Under the pieces are notes generated by a model, which saw nothing but the letters and a program-made list of their open reading frames with translations, was not told where the DNA came from and made no database searches. The translations under genes were made by a program, and so were the position numbers. A stretch of 52,630 bases of DNA from a virus (lineage: Duplodnaviria; Caudoviricetes), in the IMG/VR virus record IMGVR_UViG_3300031111_000529, positions 1 to 52,630 of that record. One strand, given 5' to 3'. How positions within the stretch are numbered: the stretch's first letter is position 1; every line of letters begins with the position of its first letter. Positions 25,513-34,248 of this stretch are shown here, in pieces.

Positions 25513-27766
25513 CCCCCGCAAACTTCGCCCGTCGATGCTGACGCGGATGCTGAACTCCACGCCGTTGGGCGAGGTGGTCAGCGAACGGCAGCTGCGCCGC
25601 CATCGCAACCGGGCCGGCTACCGCATCGGCGACGAGAAGCACGTGGACCTATTCCGCTACGCCGCCTGGCTGGCGTGGCTGCGCCACAATCCCGATCCTG
25701 AAAAGCAGCCCGCCGACTACGAGGCGATGAAGGAGGCCGCCCGCGCCCGCAACGCCGAACTGTCGGCCATCGGCCGTGACATCGGGCCGATCCCCGAGGT
25801 GGTCGACCCGGAGCGGAAGGCGCGGGCAGAGACGGACTTCCGCTTCTTCTGCGAGGCGTACTTCCCGCAGACGTTCTGCCTGCCGTGGTCGGACGACCAC
25901 CTGAAGGTGATCGGTAGGATCGAGCAGGCGGTCCTGCATGGCGGGCTGTTCGCCATGGCGATGCCACGCGGCAGCGGCAAGACATCGCTGGCCGAGACGG
26001 CCTGCATCTGGGCGATGCTTACCGGTGCGCAGGAGTTCGTCTGTCTGATCGGCTCGGACGCCGGTCACGCCCGCAGCATGCTCGAGAGTATCAAGGTCGA
26101 GATGGAGACCAACGATCGGCTTCTGGAGGACTACCCCGAGGCGGTATTCCCCATCCACGCATTGGAGCGGATTCATAACCGGGCCAAGGGCCAGCTCTGT
26201 AACGGGCAACATACCCGGATCGTCTGGACGGCCGACGAGATCGTCCTGCCGACCATCCCGGGCTCGACGGCGTCGGGTGCGATCATCCGCGTGGCCGGCA
26301 TCGAGAGCCGCATTCGCGGCATGAAGTCCAAACGTGCCGATGGCAGGGCGGTTCGGCCCTCGCTGGTGGTGCTGGACGATCCGCAAACTGATGAATCTGC
26401 TCGAAGCGATCCGCAGACGCGCGCCAGGATGGAGACGCTCAACGGCGCGATCCTCAACCTGGCCGGGCCAGGCCAGAAGATCTCCGGCATCATGCCGTGC
26501 ACGGTGATTCGCCCGGGCGACATGGCCGACCATATCCTCGACCGCGATAAGCATCCCACCTGGCAAGGCGAACGCACCAAGCTGGTCTACTCCTTCCCGA
26601 CCAACGAGAAGCTCTGGGAGCGATACGCCCAGATTCGGGCCGACAGCTTCCGCAACGATGGCGACGGCCGCGAGGCCACCGAGTTCTATCGCGCCCGTCG
26701 CGAGGCAATGGACGCCGGGTCTGCCGTTGCTTGGCCCGAAAGGCACAACACCGATGAGCTATCCGCCATCCAGCATGCGATGAACCTGAAGCTCCAGGAT
26801 GAGCGGGCCTTCTGGGCGGAGTATCAGAATGAACCCCTGCCGGAAGATGAGGGCGATACCGACATGCTCACAGCTGATCAAGTTGCAGCGAAGGTCAATG
26901 GCCGGGCCAAGGGCGAGGTGCCCATGGGGGCGAGCCATCTGACGATGTTCATCGATGTGCAGGGCAAGGCCCTGTTCCACGCTGTGGTTGCCTGGGAGGA
27001 CAACTTCACGGGGTACGTCATCGATTATGGGACCTATCCCGACCAACGGCGCGCACACTTTGCGCTTAGGGACATCCAGAAGACGCTTGGCAGGGCCGCG
27101 CCCGGGTCTGGGCTGGAGGGCTCGATCTACGCTGGGCTGGAGAAGCTTACCGGCCAGTATCTGGCCCGAAGGTGGCGGCGCGATGACGGCGCCGAGTTGC
27201 GGATCGAACGGTGCCTGATCGACGCCAACTGGGGCCAGAGCACCGACGTGGTCTACCAGTTCTGCCGGCAGAGCGCCCATTCGGCTATCGTGATGCCCAG
27301 CCACGGCCGCTTCGTTGGGGCGTCGAGCGTGCCGTTTTCCGAGTACAAGCGTAAGCGCGGGGAGCGCGTCGGCCACCACTGGCGGATTCCCAACACCCAG
27401 GTCCGACGACAGGTCCGACACGTCCTGATCGACACCAATTACTGGAAGAGCTTTATCCACGCCCGTCTGGCCGTGGCGATGGGCGACCCCGGATGCCTGT
27501 CGCTGTTGGGCCGCGATGCAAACAGACACCAACTCCTGGCCGAGCACGTCGCCGCCGAGTATCGGGTCCGGACTGAGGCGAGGGGAAGGGTCGTCGATGA
27601 GTGGAAGCTACGGGCAGGCAGCCCGGACAACCACTGGCTGGACTGTCTGGTCGGCTGCGCGGTAGCGGCCTCCATCCAGGGCGCCGTGCTGTTTGGGACG
27701 GAGGCGTCTGGGCGCACGCCGCGCAAGCCCATGAAGCTTTCCGAACTCCAAAGGGGGCGACGGTAG
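25502..27766 (+). CDS. terL: Terminase large subunit (lambda gpA-like nuclease domain)
   Basis: MPRGSGKT (Walker A), VVLDDPQ (Walker B), FIDVQ, IDANWG, DNHWLDC. Confidence 0.92.
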   Translation: MAIDPRKLRPSMLTRMLNSTPLGEVVSERQLRRHRNRAGYRIGDEKHVDLFRYAAWLAWLRHNPDPEKQPADYEAMKEAARARNAELSAIGRDIGPIPEVVDPERKARAETDFRFFCEAYFPQTFCLPWSDDHLKVIGRIEQAVLHGGLFAMAMPRGSGKTSLAETACIWAMLTGAQEFVCLIGSDAGHARSMLESIKVEMETNDRLLEDYPEAVFPIHALERIHNRAKGQLCNGQHTRIVWTADEIVLPTIPGSTASGAIIRVAGIESRIRGMKSKRADGRAVRPSLVVLDDPQTDESARSDPQTRARMETLNGAILNLAGPGQKISGIMPCTVIRPGDMADHILDRDKHPTWQGERTKLVYSFPTNEKLWERYAQIRADSFRNDGDGREATEFYRARREAMDAGSAVAWPERHNTDELSAIQHAMNLKLQDERAFWAEYQNEPLPEDEGDTDMLTADQVAAKVNGRAKGEVPMGASHLTMFIDVQGKALFHAVVAWEDNFTGYVIDYGTYPDQRRAHFALRDIQKTLGRAAPGSGLEGSIYAGLEKLTGQYLARRWRRDDGAELRIERCLIDANWGQSTDVVYQFCRQSAHSAIVMPSHGRFVGASSVPFSEYKRKRGERVGHHWRIPNTQVRRQVRHVLIDTNYWKSFIHARLAVAMGDPGCLSLLGRDANRHQLLAEHVAAEYRVRTEARGRVVDEWKLRAGSPDNHWLDCLVGCAVAASIQGAVLFGTEASGRTPRKPMKLSELQRGRR

Positions 27767-27949
27767 ATGGCCGACCGAACTGAAACACGCAAGCCCGCTG
27801 AGAAACGCGGCCTCGAATGCCCCCGCTGCGGGTGCGGGCATTTCCGGGTGCTCTATACTCGCCCCGCCTGGGGCGGGCGGCTACTGCGTCGGCGCGAGTG
27901 CCGTTACTGTGGCCGGCGGATGACGACCTACGAACAAACGGCGCCGTAA
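27767..27949 (+). CDS. Zn-ribbon protein (Ogr/Delta or NrdR-N-like)
   Basis: CPRCGC...RRRECRYCGRRMTTYE. Confidence 0.8.
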   Translation: MADRTETRKPAEKRGLECPRCGCGHFRVLYTRPAWGGRLLRRRECRYCGRRMTTYEQTAP

Positions 27950-28068
27950 TGTGGAGACGTCTGACTTGAGACCATGTGCCGAAAGGGCTAAGCCCATTAG
28001 CCCATACGGCCAGTAACGTCAAGTTTAAGCCCCTCCAAGTTCTACATGCGTAACGATTTCCCACCTCT

Positions 28069-28107
28069 TCCGACGGTTTCCGCTTCGACGGGGTAAGTAA
28101 CTAATAG
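28069..28107 (+). promoter_or_regulatory. Bipartite motif copy 3 (putative phage-sigma promoter of the head-tail operon)
   Basis: TCCGACG-gtttccgcttcga-CGGGGTAAGTAACTAATAG, about 35 bp upstream of the 28142 start. Confidence 0.8.
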
Positions 28108-28141
28108 GCGGCCATGGTGCGGCTGCCATACGGGAGACCCG

Positions 28142-28339
28142 ATGGCTGAGGACCTCGACAGCACGATTCGCGATAACGCCGCCGGGCCCAAGCGTGCCGC
28201 AGGCGACGCAGGCAGTGTCGAGCAACACGGCCTGGCCGACCAGATCGCCGCCGACAAATACCTGGAGAGCAGGAAGGCCAGCCGCACGAAGGGGCTTGGT
28301 GTCAAGCTGGCCAAGATCTCGCCCGGAGGGACCGTCTGA
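28142..28339 (+). CDS. Head completion / gpW-like protein
   Basis: 65 aa between terminase and portal; GGGAG RBS; GSVEQH.L.DQIAADKYL. Confidence 0.7.
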   Translation: MAEDLDSTIRDNAAGPKRAAGDAGSVEQHGLADQIAADKYLESRKASRTKGLGVKLAKISPGGTV

Positions 28340-28369
28340 CCCGCCTTCGCCAAGGCTTCGGCGGGCAGG
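28340..28369. repeat. REP-like imperfect palindrome
   Basis: CCCGCCTTCGCCAAGGCTTCGGCGGGCAGG, intergenic, single copy in this window. Confidence 0.55.
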
Positions 28370-28382
28370 TGTGGCAACATAC

Positions 28383-29831
28383 ATGCTGAACTTCCTCAAA
28401 CAACTAGGTCGCAGCCGCAAGGCCAGGCGACAGCCGCGAATGGTCCGGGCGCGATACGACGCCGCCCAGACCACGGCCGAGAACGCCCGGCATTGGGCGA
28501 TGGCAGATTCGCTGTCGGCTGACAGCGCCGCCTCAGCGGACGTTCGCCGCAAGCTGCGGCAGCGCGCCCGCTACGAGGTGGCGAACAACTCCTACGCCAA
28601 GGGGATCGTGCTGACGCTGGCCAACGACTGCATCGGCACCGGTCCGAGGCTGCAGCTTCTGTCAGGCGACGACGAGACCAACCGGCGCGTCGAGGCCGCC
28701 TTCGCCCACTGGGCGAAGGCCGTCGACCTTGCCGGCAAGCTCCGCACCATGCGGATGGCCAAGGCGGCCGACGGCGAGACGTTCGCCGTGCTGACGGCCA
28801 ACCCGATGGTCGACTCACCGGTGATGCTGGATTTGCAGCTGGTCGAGGCCGATCGCGTGGCTTCACCCCTCGGTGTGCGGAGCAGTCTCCTGAGCGATGG
28901 CGGCATCGACGGCATCATTCTGGATGCCTACGGCAACCCGCAGACCTACACGATCCTGCGGCAGCACCCGGGTGGGCTGAGCGCCTGGCGGAACGACGCC
29001 GACTTGGTGGACGCGGGCGCCGTGGTCCACTGGTTCCGCGCCGACCGGCCTGGCCAGCATCGAGGCATCCCGGAGATCACGCCCGCGCTGCCGCTATTCG
29101 CCCAACTGCGGCGCTACACCTTGGCGGTGCTGGGTGCGGCCGAGACTGCCGCCGACTTCGCGGCGGTACTATTCACCGACGCACCGGCCAGCGGCGAGGC
29201 TGCGGCCGTAGAGCCGATGGATATCGTCGAGCTCGAGAGGCGCATGGCCACCGTCCTGCCCGACGGCTGGAAGCTAGGGCAGATCAAGGCCGAACAGCCC
29301 GGCACGACCTACGGCGAGTTCAAGCGGGAGATCCTCAACGAGATCGCCCGCTGCCTGAACCTGCCCTACAACATCGCCGCCTGCAATTCCTCAGGCTACA
29401 ACTACGCCTCGGGGAGGCTCGACCACCAGACTTACTACAAATCGATCCGTGTCGAACAGGCACATCTGGCCGAGGGGGTACTTGACCGCATCCTTGCCGC
29501 ATGGATCGGCGAAGCACAGCTACTGACGGAGTTCGCCTACCTTCGCACGGCCGATGCTGCCCCGCACCAGTGGTTCTTCGACGGCACAGAGCACGTCGAC
29601 CCGGCCAAGGAGGCCAACGCCCAGGCCACCCGCCTGGCCAGCAATGCGACGACGCTTGCGGCTGAGTACGCCCGCCAGGGCAAGGATTGGGAGACCGAGC
29701 TGCGCCAACGCGCAAAAGAGAAGGCATTGATTAAAGAATTGGGGCTCGCGGCTCCAGATGCGGCGCCGCGACCTGCGGACCAGGACGAAGAGGAGGCCGA
29801 CACGGATGTCGAACAGCAGCAAGCAGCTTGA
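28383..29831 (+). CDS. Portal protein, lambda family
   Basis: LRQRARYEVANNSYAKG, DGETF, RPGQHRGIP, NYASGR, HVDPAKE. Confidence 0.93.
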   Translation: MLNFLKQLGRSRKARRQPRMVRARYDAAQTTAENARHWAMADSLSADSAASADVRRKLRQRARYEVANNSYAKGIVLTLANDCIGTGPRLQLLSGDDETNRRVEAAFAHWAKAVDLAGKLRTMRMAKAADGETFAVLTANPMVDSPVMLDLQLVEADRVASPLGVRSSLLSDGGIDGIILDAYGNPQTYTILRQHPGGLSAWRNDADLVDAGAVVHWFRADRPGQHRGIPEITPALPLFAQLRRYTLAVLGAAETAADFAAVLFTDAPASGEAAAVEPMDIVELERRMATVLPDGWKLGQIKAEQPGTTYGEFKREILNEIARCLNLPYNIAACNSSGYNYASGRLDHQTYYKSIRVEQAHLAEGVLDRILAAWIGEAQLLTEFAYLRTADAAPHQWFFDGTEHVDPAKEANAQATRLASNATTLAAEYARQGKDWETELRQRAKEKALIKELGLAAPDAAPRPADQDEEEADTDVEQQQAA

Positions 29832-31896
29832 CTATCTCACCTTCCGCTGCCCGCTGACCGTCGAGGCAGCTGACGGCGCGGACAAGAAAATGCCTCACTT
29901 CCGCATGGTTGCCTACACCGGCGGGCTGATGCGGATCGCGGGCTTCCCACACCCAGTCGTGGTCGATCTGGAGGGCCTGGCCGTCGAGCGTCAGGACATC
30001 CCGGTTCGCCTGGACCACAGCCCGCGCCAGGGGGTGGGCCACACCCAGCGGGTGGTGATCGAGAACGGCCAGGTCATCGCTGAGGGACTCATCAGCCGCG
30101 ATACATCCTGGGCTCGCGACGTAGCGAAGTCCGGCGTGAACGGCTTCCCGTGGCAGGCCAGCATCGGCGCTGCCGTCGTGGACGCCGAGTTTATCCCTAA
30201 CGGCCAGCAAGTAACAGTCAACGGAAGGACCTTTGGCGGGCCGCTTCATGTGGTCCGCAAGGCCATCCTCAAGGAAATCTCGTTCGTCGACAGCGGCGCG
30301 GACATCAATACCAGCGCCAAGGTCGCCGCCCGCCGTCGTCAAGACTATGGCGGACAAGCAAACAGTAAGGAGCCCCATTCCATGGACGGTAACGACAGCA
30401 AGACCACGCAGGACCAGACCGCACAGGACGCGCCGCAGAAGGGCACCCAGGTGCCCGACACCGACGCGCCCAAGGATACCACCCAAGCGCCCGAGCCTGA
30501 CGCGCCCCCGGCACAGGATGCCAAGCCGCAGGCCAAGCCAACGCCCGCACCCGAGACCGTTAATGCGTCCGCTAGCGGCAACGCAGATCCAGTGACGCAG
30601 ATGCGCCAGCGGATGGCGGCCGAGACGCGCCGCGTCGAGGCGATCCGCAAGCTCTGCGCCGGCAAGTACCCGGACATCGAGGCCCAAGCCATCGAGGAGG
30701 GCTGGGACGAGACGCGCACGGAGCTGCATATCCTGCGCGCCAGTCGACCTAAGGTCGCGGCCGCAAGCGCCCCCCAGCGTCCCGCCACACCGCAGGTCTT
30801 CGAGGCCATCGCGCTGATGGCCAGTGGGTTGCCCAACTCGCGGATCGAGGCCGCCTACGCCGAGCCGGTGCTCGAGGCCGCCGACAAGCTGCGTGGCGTA
30901 GGCATCCAGGAGTTCTGCGAGCTGGCCTCGGGGATGCAACTGCCGCGTTTCAGACGTGACGCCGCCGGATGGCTCCAAGCCGCCTTCAGCACCACGTCGC
31001 TGCCGGGCATCCTGAGCAACATCGCCAACAAAATGCTCCTAGAGGGGTACAACTACGTCGAGGACGCATGGCGGCAGACCGCCAAGATCGCCAGCGTCAA
31101 CGATTTCAAGGAACACAGTCGCTATCGCATGACCGGCTCGTTCAAGTTCGAGCAAGTCGGCCCTGACGGTGAGCTCAAGCACGGCAAGCTGGACGAGCAG
31201 AAGTTCGGCCAGAAGGCCGACACCCACGGGATCATGTTCGCCCTGACGCGCCAGATGATCATCAACGATGACATGGGCGCGTTTACCGACATCCCGCGCC
31301 AGATCGGCATGGGCGCCGCCGAGTCCATCGCCGACGCCGTTTGGGGCCTGTGGCTGGCCAATCCCGTGCAGGCCGACGGCAAGGCGTTCTTCCACGCCGA
31401 CCACAAGAACTACTCCGAGGGGGCCGACACCGCGCTTACGGTCGACGGTCTGACCGACGCCGAGGTGCTCTTCGGCCAGCAGATCAAGCCCGATGGCCGG
31501 CCGCTGGGCATCCCGGCCAGCATCCTTCTGGTGCCCACGGCGCTGAAGGTCCCGGCCGAGATGCTGATGAAGAGCCTGCAGCTCAACGAGACCACCACGG
31601 CCAACAAGGCCAAGCCCTCGGCTAACCCGCACGTCGGTAAGTTCGACGTGGTCAGCTCGGTCTACCTGGCCAACGCCAGCTTCACGGGCTCGTCTAGCAA
31701 GGCGTGGTATCTGCTGGCCGATCCGAACCGTCTGCCGGCCATCGAGATCGCGTTCCTCAATGGCGTGGACAGGCCGACCGTGGAGAAGACCGACGCCGAC
31801 TTCAACACGCTGGGAATCCAGTTCCGAGGCTACATCGACTTCGGCGTCCGTGAACAGGACCATCGCGGCGCGCTGAAGATGAAGGGCGAAGCGTAA
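29806..31896 (+). CDS. Prohead protease-scaffold-major capsid fusion
   Basis: N-terminal protease (LDH, WQASIG, EISFV..GAD), Pro/Thr/Gln-rich linker, HK97-fold capsid region (VNDFK, RQMIINDD, FGVREQDHRG). Confidence 0.9.
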   Translation: MSNSSKQLDYLTFRCPLTVEAADGADKKMPHFRMVAYTGGLMRIAGFPHPVVVDLEGLAVERQDIPVRLDHSPRQGVGHTQRVVIENGQVIAEGLISRDTSWARDVAKSGVNGFPWQASIGAAVVDAEFIPNGQQVTVNGRTFGGPLHVVRKAILKEISFVDSGADINTSAKVAARRRQDYGGQANSKEPHSMDGNDSKTTQDQTAQDAPQKGTQVPDTDAPKDTTQAPEPDAPPAQDAKPQAKPTPAPETVNASASGNADPVTQMRQRMAAETRRVEAIRKLCAGKYPDIEAQAIEEGWDETRTELHILRASRPKVAAASAPQRPATPQVFEAIALMASGLPNSRIEAAYAEPVLEAADKLRGVGIQEFCELASGMQLPRFRRDAAGWLQAAFSTTSLPGILSNIANKMLLEGYNYVEDAWRQTAKIASVNDFKEHSRYRMTGSFKFEQVGPDGELKHGKLDEQKFGQKADTHGIMFALTRQMIINDDMGAFTDIPRQIGMGAAESIADAVWGLWLANPVQADGKAFFHADHKNYSEGADTALTVDGLTDAEVLFGQQIKPDGRPLGIPASILLVPTALKVPAEMLMKSLQLNETTTANKAKPSANPHVGKFDVVSSVYLANASFTGSSSKAWYLLADPNRLPAIEIAFLNGVDRPTVEKTDADFNTLGIQFRGYIDFGVREQDHRGALKMKGEA

Positions 31897-31904
31897 GCAA
31901 TGAT

Positions 31905-32135
31905 TGAGAGCGGACACAGAATGAGCCGCCTGGTGGCGGGCCCAGACGGCTCTCATACCTTGCCTTGCCGCACGCCCACATCATCCGAGGCCCATTTCGG
32001 CCCCCGCCGGCTGCGGGTGGGCTGTGGTTATCCCCGCGGTGGGGTGTTTCCCGGAAGGGTCAATATGGCCTTCAACGGCCACCTCCTTCCGGCCGCATCT
32101 GCGCAGCGTAACTTCATGATAACGCAGACAGAGCA
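31905..32135. other. Highly structured non-coding insert
   Basis: Successive hairpins (GAGCCG..CGGCTC; CCGGAAGG..CCTTCCGG; TCTGCG..CGCAGA); no convincing ORF. Confidence 0.45.
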
Positions 32136-32143
32136 GAGAGGAC

Positions 32144-32485
32144 ATGAAAATGGCAATCTTCGTACATAACGGCAATAGCATCGACTACACGCCGGGTACA
32201 GATGTATCCGCTGGCGATGTGGTCGTGCAAGGTGAGCTGGTCGGCATCTCCAAGCTGGACATCGCCGCCAACGCGCTCGGCGCGCTGGCGGTCGTAGGCG
32301 TGTTCGACTTCCCTAAGACCGCGGGCGTCGGTGAGGCAATCACCATCGGTTCCAAGGTGTATTGGGACGTAGCCGACAGCGTCGCCAAGACGGATGACGA
32401 GTCCGGTGCCAACAAGCTGATCGGCAAGATCATTGTGGCTGCCGGCGACGACGATGCCACGGTCCGCGTGCGGCTGAACCAGTAG
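32144..32485 (+). CDS. DUF2190 / capsid cement-decoration protein
   Basis: G.SIDYTP..DVSAGDVVV...GVFDFPK...G.KVYWD...VRVRLN. Confidence 0.88.
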   Translation: MKMAIFVHNGNSIDYTPGTDVSAGDVVVQGELVGISKLDIAANALGALAVVGVFDFPKTAGVGEAITIGSKVYWDVADSVAKTDDESGANKLIGKIIVAAGDDDATVRVRLNQ

Positions 32486-32498
32486 GCACGGAGGCCCT

Positions 32499-32861
32499 GT
32501 GGTGGGTGACCTGCTCAGGCAAGGAAGCCAGTGGCTGGGGGGCATGCTCAAACAGCACGCCTCCAGCCCGGTCACCTACCGGCGCCGCGAGGCCGAGCTG
32601 GAAGTCAACGCCACGTTCGGCCGGACGGAGTACGAGGTCGAGGACGATTACGGCCTGCGTGTCGGAGCCGAGGTGACGGACTTCCTGATTCTCGGCCAAG
32701 ACCTGTCGCCGACGTTCGGCGAGCCGGAGCCGGGAGACCAGATCGTGACAGACGGCGCGGTCCACGAGGTGATGAGCTTGGCCGGGCAAGGACATTGGCG
32801 ATGGAGCGGTCCGCACAGGACCACCATGCGGATTCACGCGAAGGAAACCGGAAGCGAATGA
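32499..32861 (+). CDS. Head-tail joining protein (gpFII-like)
   Basis: Position; VTYRR, DFLI, P.PGDQI; GGAGG RBS. Confidence 0.7.
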   Translation: MVGDLLRQGSQWLGGMLKQHASSPVTYRRREAELEVNATFGRTEYEVEDDYGLRVGAEVTDFLILGQDLSPTFGEPEPGDQIVTDGAVHEVMSLAGQGHWRWSGPHRTTMRIHAKETGSE

Positions 32862-33094
32862 GCGGATGCAGTGAGCAATTCGAGCAGTTCTGCAAGCCCG
32901 AGTTCACGTCCATCCACGCCAAGCTCGACCGGATGGACGAGGCGATTCGCGGCAACGGCAAGCCGGGCATTCAGCTTCGCCTGGACCGGCTGGAGTCGGC
33001 CGAGATGACTCGGTCGCGGCTGCTTTGGATCATCGCCGGCTCGACTGTGACGCTGGCCGTCGGTGCTATCTGGACACTGGTGTTCGGAGCGTAG
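32858..33094 (+). CDS. Coiled-coil plus C-terminal TM protein (XhlA/holin-like)
   Basis: KLDRMDEAIRGNGKPGIQLRLDRLE...LLWIIAGSTVTLAVGAIWTLVFG; start overlaps the upstream stop (ATGA). Confidence 0.7.
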   Translation: MSGCSEQFEQFCKPEFTSIHAKLDRMDEAIRGNGKPGIQLRLDRLESAEMTRSRLLWIIAGSTVTLAVGAIWTLVFGA

Positions 33095-33109
33095 GAGCAA
33101 TACGAAAAA

Positions 33110-33544
33110 GTGTCCACCATCATCGACATAGCTGATGCGGTCGCAGCGGAACTGGCAAGCGGCGAGTTCAGCGAGAGCTTCACGCCGGAGCGGCGTGTGC
33201 TGCCTGACTATGAACTTGCCGACCTGAAGGACCTGCATGTGACTGTCGTTCCGCGAGGCGTGGAGATAAGCGGCGCTTCGCGTGCGCTCTGTCAGCATGA
33301 CTTCCAGATCGACGTGGGCGTGCAGAAGAAGCTTTCGGCAGGCGCCGACATCGACACCGAGGTAGCCGAGTTGATCGGCCTGGTCGAGGAGATCGCCGAG
33401 TTCCTTCAGCGTCGCAGGCTGGCGGATGTTCCCGAGGCGGCCTGGGTCAAGACGGCTAACGACCCAGTCTACGCACCCGAACACCTGGCCGAGAAGCGGC
33501 TGTTCACTTCCGTTGTGACAGTGACCTACAGACTCCTGAAGTAA
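33110..33544 (+). CDS. Tail terminator-like protein
   Basis: Position, size and pattern IADAVAAEL...IDVGVQKK...FTSVVTVTY. Confidence 0.7.
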   Translation: MSTIIDIADAVAAELASGEFSESFTPERRVLPDYELADLKDLHVTVVPRGVEISGASRALCQHDFQIDVGVQKKLSAGADIDTEVAELIGLVEEIAEFLQRRRLADVPEAAWVKTANDPVYAPEHLAEKRLFTSVVTVTYRLLK

Positions 33545-33556
33545 GGACTCAACAAC

Positions 33557-33919
33557 ATGGCCAAGCGATGGCTCAATTCCGCTGACGTGCAGATAGACGA
33601 AGAGACCGGCGCGCTGATGGTGAAGTTGGCCTGCGGATACCGCGCTATATCGGCACCGACGGCAGTGACGGCCACTGCGGGCCAGTGGACCGCAATCGAC
33701 CTGCCCACCGGCAGCGAGTACATCCACGTCGGCGTCTCTGAGGAAACCTACCTGGTGGCGAAGGTCGAGGATGGCAATCCGGCCGGTGTCGGCTGCGCAT
33801 ACGGCAGTGTGGGCAACCACCAGATCGACTGTGCCGGCTGCACGAAACTCTACGCCAAACCGACCGGCGGCAGCAATTCGACGGTGACCTGGACGCCCTT
33901 TGAACTTGTGAGCGACTGA
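33557..33919 (+). CDS. Hypothetical beta-rich protein
   Basis: AAGGA RBS; operon packing. Confidence 0.65.
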   Translation: MAKRWLNSADVQIDEETGALMVKLACGYRAISAPTAVTATAGQWTAIDLPTGSEYIHVGVSEETYLVAKVEDGNPAGVGCAYGSVGNHQIDCAGCTKLYAKPTGGSNSTVTWTPFELVSD

Positions 33920-34248
33920 TGAGCGAATGCGCCATGGAAGAGCTCGACACGGACTGGGCTCGCATCCCGATCGGCGTGCCCGAGGGGCGCGACTTGCCGT
34001 CCGACCTGCTGGCCTACACGCGACAGCACGGCATGGTCGCGGGCTTCATTCATTCCCCCGTCTGCCACCAGAGGCGGGAGAACTGCTACACCGTCACGCT
34101 GATGAACTTCAATCCCATTCAAGCTCAAGCCAGGCGGCTTCGCGGCGACGCGGTGAAGCTCGCCGGTCATTTCGCCCGGCTCTACGGCCAGACGGTGGTG
34201 ACGGTGGTCTTCCCGGACGAGACAGTCAACGTAAGGGTCGGCGCATGA
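33919..34248 (+). CDS. Hypothetical protein
   Basis: Coupled to both neighbours by overlapping stop/start. Confidence 0.6.
   Translation: MSECAMEELDTDWARIPIGVPEGRDLPSDLLAYTRQHGMVAGFIHSPVCHQRRENCYTVTLMNFNPIQAQARRLRGDAVKLAGHFARLYGQTVVTVVFPDETVNVRVGA

Noticed and set aside
31920-31960. Group II intron domain V or DGR element (GAGCCG... hairpin)
   Set aside because: The stem does not match D5/D6 geometry; no reverse transcriptase and no TR/VR repeat pair seen.
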